NCBI GenBank assembly: GCA_012295275.1 | Contig: CM022679.1 | Coordinates: 7,626,001 to 7,690,000, forward strand | Length of the DNA stretch: 64,000 nucleotides | DNA from: Chrysomallon squamiferum | Taxonomy: Eukaryota > Animalia > Mollusca | Direction of reading: 5' to 3' | In this document: positions 39,901 through 48,741 of the stretch, piece after piece | Numbering within the stretch: the stretch's first letter is position 1 | How the letters are laid out: every line of letters starts with the position of its first letter | The notes under the pieces: generated by a model | What the model was told of the DNA's origin: nothing | What the model saw: the letters and a program-made list of their open reading frames with translations, nothing else | Databases searched by the model: none | Translations under genes and position numbers: made by a program

Positions 39901-42900
39901 AAAAATTATGTCATGCTGAAAAGTGCAACTGAATGTTAATTATTATTTCTTTCTTTCCATTTCCATTTATAAATTTATGAACTGCTTATTGATAATATTA
40001 CTTCTTTTTCAAGTCAAAAGGACAATAATTTTATTAATATTATGAAAAAAAACAATTCCTACTAAATCTTGACAAAATTCAATGTTTTATCTTTACACAT
40101 CCACCCTCCATCATTTGGATCCACCAGTGCCAGAGAAAGTGAAAATGGAACCTAGAACTCACCACTTGAGAATAAAAACGTGAACCCAGTTCCCAACCTT
40201 CTGTGGCATTCTTCAAAAGTAAATTTATCAAAGTTCAAGTAACTATAACAACAAACCTCTTCAAAAGAGACTGTGACAGTCAACCATCTTGAACAAATAA
40301 AACACTATGAAGACACATTTTCTCAAACGACTGATTAAAAAGACAGGGAACACGTAAAATAAAAATGGGCAAAGATCAGCACACTGCTAAAACAAGAAAA
40401 GCCAAATTTCCAAAAATCCAGTTTTAATTTTCAGATTTATTCTGAATGACCTGTCTGATCATAATAATAATGGAGATAATATTTTTTGGGTTTGGAGTTA
40501 CATATTTGAACAAAATATCAATACAGTCTTACTTTTACAATTACTGATTTAAAAATGGCAGACCCCAAACAAAACTGGAAATTCATGTGTCTGCAGAAGA
40601 TTCACATCCTTGAATAATTATGTACAGAAACAATAATAATAATAATAACAACAGTAATAAAAGTATCTTCCTAAAATACAAATTTTCTACACCAAATATT
40701 TGTCTGAACGTTTGTTACACTAGAACTATCAATTAAAACAAAAACTAATACTGTGCTTGCATGTTTCCTTGCTTACATTCATTCAGTATTTATAATAATT
40801 TTATAAAAAAATAAACATTAACTAACCTTTTTGACTTCATACCAGGAAGGTTATTCATTTATTAGTAAAACATTTAAAATTTTAAACTTCAAAAGTTGTA
40901 ATGTATAAAAATTGAAAATAAACAACTGAGGGTAAATCATATTTGATGATTTTAAGCACATATGACTACTAATTACCTTCCAGTCTGAAACAGAAGTTTC
41001 TATCACACTACAACATACCAAACAACAGCAAGGAGTAACTATTACAAATCTGCTCTGAAGTTAAAGGCATGTAAAATAAAGACAAACAGGAAAAAAGAAG
41101 ACAAGAGAGTTAAATCTCTAAAGGAAAAACTGATTTGAGAGACTTTGAAAAAGAAATAAACAGTACTATCTACACTAAGGGATTTTTATATCTGGTTGAC
41201 CACTATAATGAATGAATGTCTAAAGACACCCTAGCACAAACAATTTATATCAGCTATTGGGTGAGGTTCACCACTATAATACTAAATAATCAAACAAGTT
41301 TAAAATCACCTTAGCATCATGTGTAAGATCCATTACTTCTATGTGAGGTGACAGAATCTGACCTAGAGAATAAAATAGATTTTTATTAAATTACTAATAT
41401 ATGTGTATATATTTATATATATATTCCTATTTTGTTATGAAAACGTATAATAAATTACAAATATAATTATATATTTATATTACCATCTTGTTATGAAAAG
41501 ACATTATCTAACCATTTATAATAATAATAATAATAATGATAATAATATTATAATAGTAAAAACAACAATAATAATAATAAGTACAATTAATTAGATTAAA
41601 GGTCCAGCATTCTTTAACCAAAATAGGTTTTGAAACACAAAATCCTTTCATATAGTCTGCATATTTTTTCCTCTTTTTTTTTTCATAGAATAAAGGATAT
41701 GTAACTGAACCATAAGCTATCAATATGTTGGCTGCTTGAAACAAGCTTCACATTTCAGAATTTATTGTTAAATGATGCCAGCCTGTTAAACTCTTTTTCA
41801 CTCTACAAGAAACATGGACACACTTACTACTTTTTCGGCTTGTTTCATTCTTTTTCTTCACATTCTGAGAGAAGTAGAAGATTTTCTCAGCAGACGGATT
41901 AGCCCAGGACAGAACTCCCTTTTTATCAATACAGCACAGTGACTGAAACAAAACAACACTACAAACATAACAACACACAACCATGTTTTCTAATTTAGAT
42001 CCTTTAAAAAAATATCTTGATCTTAAATACATTGTAGATGCAGCTTAAGAAATCTTAAAATATATCAAAAACAGATCAGATATTCTGAGTTAAAATCGGT
42101 TTTAACATTCAAAAGAAAAACAAAAACAATAATAAACTATTGAATGAATATTTGCGATAACATCTCAGTATATTTTAATTAACATTGGATGATTATTTTG
42201 TTTAATACTGATATTTAACAGGGGAAATAATCATGTAATACTTCCTGTAGCACCTGATTAAAACTTCAAAGTCATGATTAATTATTTAAATTTTTTTTTC
42301 TTTCCACAATGGAATAATAGCAGAATTTTTTTTTTTTTTCTTCTGTGATAATATGAGACTAAATAAATAAATAACTTTTTTACATTTCTGTTGGGACACT
42401 TACTGTGACACTTTCCAGTACGTGGATAATGTTGCTGTGTCTGGTTAAAACGAGGGCTTTGCCAAACAAAATGTCGGTGAACCATCTGGCAATCTTCTGC
42501 CAGGTCATGTTCACTCGGGCCTCCTCCACTGAGATTGTACTGTCACTGTCAAAACTGTTCTCATTTGCTCTCTGCGAAAACCAGTTAAATAATGAATAAA
42601 TAAACAGACAAGTCCACACAAAAATATTACAATATATTCAGATTGTGAATATTTCTTTCCAATTTTGCAACGTAACAAATTTTAAAACGGATACAAAACC
42701 AATCAATGAATTGGATAACCAAAGATTTGTTCTGTTACGGAATGTTTTTGAAGATGTATTTCAATTCTGGTATTATTTTTATGATATAATGATATTATGA
42801 TATAAAACGATTTTAAAAGAAAATTGTTTTCAAATAAAATATCCCAAGGGAGGTCACTCTTAATATATAAATATGCCAAGACACTTTAGTGATTTACCTT

Positions 42901-45900
42901 GAAATGTCTGGCAATGTTAAAAGCAGCAAATATTCTTGCTTGTCCATATATATTAAGAGACAACCACATCAATGGAAATATCATGGAAGTCAAAGGCAGA
43001 ACACTATGAACCTGAAAACCAAAACAATTTGTTTTTGAAATTCATGATATGATACACTGATACAAGATACAACATACTCCAGTGTCTACATGTTTATATT
43101 AATTTTACAATTTCAATTTTTAGTTTTGGTAATTTACTGTGTATATGCATACAATTTTGATTCATTAAGTATTTTTATAGATAAAAAATAAATTACTGTA
43201 CATTTCAGTTGATTAAATATTATTTTTAACAGCTTGTATATTTTGGTTTGTTTATTTACATCTCTATTTCTCAGTTGAATAAAGACTTACACATTTTTAA
43301 AATCAAATTTTCTGTTCAACAACCTTAATTCTGTGGTTTCTGATTTCAGAAGACACAGACACACAAACATGTCAGATTGTAACTTACAAGTAAAACAATG
43401 ATCATTTCAGTCCAGTGACCAACATGTGTGTCTAAGTAAACATATCTTAGTGTGTTTGTTATGGTCATCACAACCTGAAAATTAAAAATATCGATGGCTG
43501 ATAAGTAATATGTGTCTTGATATTAAATAACATTTAATCTTCATATTTTATCAGAATAATAATTACAAATTCACATAAAACATATTATAAGTTTTATCCT
43601 GCAACAAAATAAATATTAAATTAAAAAGAAGAAAATTTCTAACAAAATAAACTTTTAATGATCAAAACAGATAAGTTAAATATTTAACTTGATAAATGTT
43701 TTATCCTTTTTCTTTAACATTATGTAGCTTGATGGAATTGTGAATAAAATAAAAAAAATTATAAATAAATATAACAGGTAAAATAAACAGAACACTAAAA
43801 TTTGTATTTATCTAATATTTTTAGATTCTTTTTCATTTAATGGTAATGACACTTCTAATATTGTCAACAACAGAAAATACTGCTTTATTTACTAAACAAA
43901 AATAAATTTACAGTTAAAATACATCAAGTGTGGTCTTAGACTTTGCATAATTTAAATAATCCTGACAGAAGGTATAAAAATATATAGATAGATAGATAGA
44001 TAGGTATATATAACTTTAACTAAATAGGTCTTAAACATACAACAACAAGAGGAACTATTCTTCTTTCAAGCCACACTCTGACAATCAAGTGTTTTTCATG
44101 TTCCAACATGCTCACAGTTCGCTGAAGTTTGGAATCAAGAATACATCTGAAAAATAATAAACAATAAGAATAAAAATAATATTTTAACATTATATATCTA
44201 GCTATACATTGGCAGGTGTGTGTTAATTAGTTATTTATTATACATCAACTAATAAAATAAGTGTTCCTTAGTGAAACAAACTGAACAGTTTACATAGCCA
44301 TGATGTCTTTAACATAAATAATAATATTACAAAATGTCAACAATAAACAATATTTTATAAAGTTTTCAAAGCTATAGAAGACCTCAAAATAATAGTTTTA
44401 AAAAAAAAGAGAATTTCCTAATTAAAATCAAATCATCTTAAGTCTTATTAATGAAACTATTTAAAAAAAAAAAAAAAAAAAAAATTAATATTAAAAAAAC
44501 AATGTATGAAGTACTGTTCCTGTGTGTTATGGTATTTAATTTTGTGATCTAACAACACTTCCTTGATATTTACCTAATATTTTTAAGAATTGGAGTTTCT
44601 AACAGGATAAATTTCTTTGGTTTCAGTGGAATTGCAGCTCTGGGTTCATTAGGATTGTCTGAAAGAGTTTCAATCTCAGGAGCAAACACATCTCCTTCTG
44701 CTAGCTCCAAGTCTTGTGTCTCATCTGTTTGCTGGTGAAAAAACAGAATGCACAAATATTTTATGTTTAATTACGTTATCTGTTGAACAAACCTTTTGTT
44801 ATTTGAAAACAAAATTAATAATAACTATGACATTATCAACTGAATCTATAATATCATTTAATAAAAATGTTAAAAAATTTAATACATTTTAATAAAACAA
44901 GAATATAAATAACAGAATGCTTAAATTGCATTTATGAATTTCTTTTTTTTTTCTTTTTGGTTTATTTTGTAGGGGAGTGGGGTTTTTTTTAAATTAAGAA
45001 AAATTGCATTTAAATAAAATATAAAAATTTCTGCTACTAGTAATTTCTGCTATGTTCTCAAAGATTCATTTAAATGTCTTTTTAATTTATACACCTGTTT
45101 AAGAAAACAATGAGAATAATAAAACATATTCAATTACATTAACCAAATCTTTTTTTTTTTCTTGTTGAAGATTAAATTACATATTCAACAAAACAATTAC
45201 TGATTTCAGGAAATTCTGAAACAGTATTAAATGATTTGAAGTAAAAACATACTTCTACTTCTCTACACTTGGCTGGAACAGTCTGCCCAGGTCTCAACAG
45301 AATTACATCCCCTTTAACTAGCAGAGCGACAGGCAGATTGACAACATAACCATCTCTGTATGTCCACTGTAATGAGATACACGGCGAAAGAGGAGAATGA
45401 AGGTTCAAATAGTCATGAGGCTTCCATTCAATGTTTTTTAGTGATTCTGAAACACAAAGTTTGTATGTCGTAATTCAGAAAGAACCGTGCAGTAAAAATT
45501 TAACTTAATAATGTTTAGAACAGACCCAGTAACACATATCTTTTACTTGTATGTTTCATCCTTATATAGCATTGACAAATGTATAATTTTGTCAGGGACA
45601 AATGACAGACTAAACACACAGAAATTTGAACAATGGCTAAGAAAAAGTATTTATTGGACATTCTGTAGTAATTTATTAGCAAAAAACCAATTTAAGAGTC
45701 TCAAAATATTGAGATTAAAAAAACAAATTTATTATTTAAATTTTGTAGTTAATTTACTTCAAAATATATCAATTTGTATTGTTTCTCCAAAGTATTTATG
45801 TTAAAAATAATTGTTGTGACAGGTATCTCAAAAACACGTTTTACACATGGACACAGAAGAGCAAAGATAAACAAATTTATCACACAATTTATACAAAAGA

Positions 45901-48169
45901 GGAAAAATTAAACACCCAAAAAAAAAGATTTCAAAAAATAAAAATAATTTGTTCATTTAAGATGAATATTACATAGTTCTGAGTAAAAATAAGCTTTAAG
46001 TGATGTACCCCACATATTTTTAACGACAAGTCTTGTGAGTCTGTTCATCTCTGTACTCTCCATTCGAGTGTTCCACAAGTTCAAACCAGCATTGAAAAAC
46101 AAAACAAAGAGCAGAAATGAAGCCTCCACTAACCACCAGCCAATGTTAGGTCCCTCCCTGGAAATAAAAGAAGAAAATATTATAACAAAAACAATTGTCT
46201 GTGAATACAGTGAAATAGAATTATTGTTGTTTTTTTTTTCAAATATTTCTGAATTGTAACTAAAAATCATTAAGGATTAACTTTAATTTGTTTCAATATA
46301 TATATATATCAGTTTGTGCATAAAAACACAATATACATACCATCACCATTTCAAAACTAAAACTTCAGAATGTAACAAAAATACTTTTTATATATTTTTT
46401 TTTTTTTTGTGCTGACATATTTTCTTTCTCAACACAATAGAATTTAAAATTCTAGCCAAATTAATATGTATATTTTATAATAACTAATCAAAAGACATTT
46501 TCAACTAAAATATATGTGTGCCTGTGTTTGCATATATGCTTGTTTGCTTTTATGGAGTTAGCTTTAACAGTAATATTTGTTGTCAAATTCATAATACCTT
46601 ATATCAGTAATGAATAAATATGCCACCAGCAAGCTTATAACAAGAACACAAATGATGAAACAAGTCAACCAGTGATAGAGAGAGTGTATCACTGAGTGGT
46701 GGAAAGAATGAAACAGTTTCATCCAATTCCCTTTCTTTTCTTTTTCATTTCTGTTGATTTCCTGTACCAGTTCTTTGTACAAAGTTTTGAGAGCTTCTTC
46801 AGTTTTGTATCCATGTAACTCGAAGTACTGAGGAACATTATCAAATATATCCTGAAACAGACAACTGAAAAATTAATCTTAAAATATGAAATAACACAGT
46901 AATTGTATTACTTTAAGTATTACATATTATATTAACTGTAACAGGCATAAACTATTTGATATCTCATCAATCCTGAACTATTTTTCAAAGAATTTCTGAG
47001 ATTTAAATAAACTGCATCTTAAAATTTAATATTTATTTACATAGTAAAATTAATTTTAAAATATAAAACAAAAACAACAAAATTATATTATTAAATATAT
47101 TGATTGTAATTGAGTTTGCGGTTTCTTAAAAAGTATTTTTGAGGTTAACAGTAACTGCATCTTTACATTAATTATTTATACACTAAAATTTGCCTCCTAT
47201 CACAGATGTAGGCAAGCAGTCTGTAGCTTACTGACATATTAAAAATAGATATCCAATAAGCTGATTTGTTTATATCTAGAATGTTTTAATATACATACAA
47301 ATGAAAAATCTGAATAAATTTTACAGACAAAACAAATATTTTCTTAATAAACTGAAGGAAAACATTTCGAAAAAAGAAAAAAAAAGGTTAAAAAAATAAA
47401 TGTGTAGGATTTGTTTTATTCATAATACATAATGCAACTATACACTAATTTCTAGAAATAATGAAATGAACAAACAACTTCCAAAACTGAAGTTTAAATG
47501 AATGAAACATGGAAAAACTCCATAATAATAATAATATTAAATATAACGATATTTTTTACTTTTTATTGCATTACTTATATTTGCTTATGATCTTTTAGTC
47601 CTCATGTTATAAACACCTATAAATAAAACAACATCTTAACATGGGTAGAATAAAATTCACATTTTGGGGGGATGTTATATTTAGGACTTAGAATAAAATG
47701 CAGTGGCTGAATAATATTTCTTTAAAATGCAGTTCAATGAAAAATAATATTTTCCAAATTTTGTTGTTTTTGGGGGTTTTAATTTTTTTAGAATTGTACA
47801 ATGAATTTTAATATTTTTAATTTGGGTTGTTGTTGTTGTTGTTCGGGGGTGCAAACGTAAATTAAGGTTTATATAGTGATACATCACTTCTAATGATTAT
47901 GAAATAAATTTCTAGTGAATACAAAGTACACATTAAATAATTAGTACAGTGCTGATCATTCGTTGTTCGATTCGACGATTCGTCGGTAATTTGTGCTAAT
48001 CATCGACTGTTAATCGATTGAAACTGCTCCTCCGCAATATTTTTAATGTCCAAAAAACCCGAGATGTATATAAAGTATATATTAAGAAAGTATGACTTAC
48101 TGACAAAATGCAAAATTAATTATTTTAATAATTACAGTAAAATAAACGCATTCACCGGCACCTTACCAT
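22498..48169 (-). CDS. TMEM94: Transmembrane protein 94 (KIAA0195/ERMA), P-type-ATPase-like membrane protein; 29 coding exons, 4044 nt, 1347 aa
   Basis: Hand-spliced exons with consistent phases give a protein collinear with human TMEM94 as I recall it: WTYRDGYVVNLPVALLVKGDVILLRPGQ, LCCIDKKGVLSWANP, FDDPTWKKHVTSLKPLGLNILLN, QIFIGMVTLQYQARQD, FSEKMGLEAGWNCHVSL, AKLPRGIENIRPHLKSVDNVPLLV, C-terminus FGTKLGMNSPW*. Confidence 0.97.
23169..23336 (-). CDS. TMEM94: TMEM94 exon 28
   Basis: cag|LVVQVVYFVCD...VTVNELVKRREI|gtaagt. Confidence 0.94.
23433..23600. repeat. Minisatellite, 31-35 bp unit (ttatcaacacYtgtcattaataaatatcaag[tcaa]), 5 good copies with decayed flanks to ~23355 and ~23740
   Basis: Units read directly in TMEM94 intron 27. 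Confidence 0.88.
24257..24350 (-). CDS. TMEM94: TMEM94 exon 27
   Basis: cag|CISMSYVHWSDHLWKKPPFTNRLWSVITPT|gtgagt. Confidence 0.94.
24744..24856 (-). CDS. TMEM94: TMEM94 exon 26
   Basis: cag|NSSNVSINRSFKTWYEKYSGGLILAQNIVLFLLVLYY|gtaagt. Confidence 0.92.
25294..25430 (-). CDS. TMEM94: TMEM94 exon 25
   Basis: cag|MILQFSVQFALRYLPSVIIPLLCFGLTLHSFC...YKF|gtactg. Confidence 0.92.
25875..26120 (-). CDS. TMEM94: TMEM94 exon 24
   Basis: cag|ARHFTFAMRNCFYLMLCFNLS...IMNIATRKNKDHVNKQ|gtagtt. Confidence 0.94.
26674..26848 (-). CDS. TMEM94: TMEM94 exon 23
   Basis: tag|FGIEPLFPQLC...LLSIPCPISF...VQLIAE|gtgggt. Confidence 0.94.
26996..27104 (-). CDS. TMEM94: TMEM94 exon 22
   Basis: tag|TKEMMKILQEYGEVVLCLGSSMNMKNTPIFLQADC|gtaggt. 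Confidence 0.95.
27528..27627 (-). CDS. TMEM94: TMEM94 exon 21
   Basis: cag|AKLPRGIENIRPHLKSVDNVPLLVNLFTDCTPE|gtgagt. Confidence 0.96.
27899..28399 (-). CDS. TMEM94: TMEM94 exon 20
   Basis: cag|VFSEKMGLEAGWNCHVSLL...DGDGDGD...GALDNV|gtacgg. Confidence 0.94.
28805..28888 (-). CDS. TMEM94: TMEM94 exon 19
   Basis: cag|DIVQLIDKLESACIRFVHFSKENELRSR|gtaaat. Confidence 0.95.
29202..29385 (-). CDS. TMEM94: TMEM94 exon 18
   Basis: cag|YAEQEDVISS...NQIFIGMVTLQYQARQ|gtatgt. Confidence 0.93.
30039..30203 (-). CDS. TMEM94: TMEM94 exon 17
   Basis: cag|KKILDFYHRNSMATYCTAFSYRP...ARSQ|gtaaga (tandem alternative donor 3 nt upstream). Confidence 0.9.
30595..30697 (-). CDS. TMEM94: TMEM94 exon 16
   Basis: cag|MSQLLSQGTADILLESCTDYWTGNDVCLLTEND|gtaggt. 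Confidence 0.95.
31165..31273 (-). CDS. TMEM94: TMEM94 exon 15 (followed by GC donor)
   Basis: cag|PAEEAAKERSQRARSFIQHKIPMPNMMSVVVKDQIT(G)|gcaaag. Confidence 0.88.
31460..31865. repeat. Degenerate ~25-27 bp minisatellite (atattaataccatcttgtaacatacta-like)
   Basis: Recurring units in TMEM94 intron 14. Confidence 0.7.
32118..32211 (-). CDS. TMEM94: TMEM94 exon 14
   Basis: aag|CLCELAREIGFSEKAVKAF...MYRQV|gtgagc. Confidence 0.93.
32745..32866 (-). CDS. TMEM94: TMEM94 exon 13
   Basis: cag|GLNILLNTCEQSTVPAYTQFTDHV...VNR|gtagca. Confidence 0.93.
32980..33085. mobile_element. Possible decayed SINE fragment (related pieces at ~38935-39005 and ~41175-41265)
   Basis: aaggatattttttatatg..cccaacatacaggaaaacacacaccatggcttatgata resembles my recollection of an abundant gastropod SINE body; needs a repeat-library search. 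Confidence 0.35.
35036..35293. repeat. Long imperfect inverted repeat (fold-back) in TMEM94 intron 12
   Basis: Left arm aaaagaaattattttgtttttgagaaagattttttatgttaattaatgaaaaaaa..taaaaattaaaatc pairs with right arm gattttaattttta..tttttttcattaattaatataaaaaatctgtcacaaaaacaaaataatttctttt; centre agttatatatgtataact at ~35170. Confidence 0.92.
35363..35428 (-). CDS. TMEM94: TMEM94 exon 12
   Basis: cag|NAFGLHFDDPTWKKHVTSLKPL|gtaagt. Confidence 0.95.
41310..41362 (-). CDS. TMEM94: TMEM94 exon 11
   Basis: tag|QILSPHIEVMDLTHDAK|gtgatt; matches the recalled human YHLEMLSLSQD segment. Confidence 0.88.
41828..41942 (-). CDS. TMEM94: TMEM94 exon 10 (DKKGVLS, P-type phosphorylation-site-like motif)
   Basis: cag|SLCCIDKKGVLSWANPSAEKIFYFS...RKS|gtaagt. 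Confidence 0.95.
42404..42571 (-). CDS. TMEM94: TMEM94 exon 9
   Basis: cag|RANENSFDSD...HSNIIHVLESVT|gtaagt. Confidence 0.93.
42898..43011 (-). CDS. TMEM94: TMEM94 exon 8
   Basis: cag|VHSVLPLTSMIFPLMWLSLNIYGQARIF...HFK|gtaaat. Confidence 0.93.
43388..43474 (-). CDS. TMEM94: TMEM94 exon 7
   Basis: cag|VVMTITNTLRYVYLDTHVGHWTEMIIVLL|gtaagt. Confidence 0.92.
44041..44146 (-). CDS. TMEM94: TMEM94 exon 6
   Basis: cag|CILDSKLQRTVSMLEHEK...IVPLVV|gtatgt. Confidence 0.92.
44574..44731 (-). CDS. TMEM94: TMEM94 exon 5
   Basis: cag|QTDETQDLELAEGDVFAP...LETPILKNI|gtaaat. Confidence 0.92.
45253..45446 (-). CDS. TMEM94: TMEM94 exon 4
   Basis: cag|SLKNIEWKP...WTYRDGYVVNLPVALLVKGDVILLRPGQ...CREVE|gtatgt. 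Confidence 0.95.
46009..46157 (-). CDS. TMEM94: TMEM94 exon 3
   Basis: cag|EGPNIGWWLVEASFLLFVLFFNAGL...KNMW|gtacat. Confidence 0.9.
46598..46851 (-). CDS. TMEM94: TMEM94 exon 2
   Basis: cag|DIFDNVPQYFELHGYKTEEALKTLYKEL...LFITDI|gtatta. Confidence 0.88.
48167..48169 (-). CDS. TMEM94: TMEM94 coding exon 1 (ATG only)
   Basis: ATG|gtaagg donor in a CpG-containing region. Joins in phase 0 to exon 2 (M-DIFDNVPQ). In-frame TAA upstream. Confidence 0.7.
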
Positions 48170-48681
48170 TCGTATTGTCAATGACCATTACGCTACCGTT
48201 ATTTCATTAAAGGTTTTCACCATTACTCAGTATGGTTATGAAAAGAACAACTGGAATTTAGTCTATTATTTTCTTACTTAAAGCAAATTCCACCATTTTT
48301 CTGAACGACCAGATTAAAAAAAATAATAATAATAAAATAAAACGTGCAAAACCATATATAAAGAATATAATATAAATATTACGATCGGGAGAAGGGTTTC
48401 GTACTGATTTCTACATGTAAAATCAGCTTGTGGATATTATGATACCTGATTAATGTTTCAGTTCAAATGTTACTCAGTATAAAATGATATAGCTCTAATA
48501 CAAACTAGGAAATCACAGTATGAACGAATCATCTGTTATTCTGTAGGTCATTGTAATACAGTGGATCACTTTTAGATAGTAACTTTCTTTAAAACATTCT
48601 GTGGACATTTATTCCATAAAGAGCGGATGGGAGGAGAAAATTGTTGAAATGTCTGTTCTTCACAACTAAATCCGCATATGA

Positions 48682-48741
<60 letters not shown>

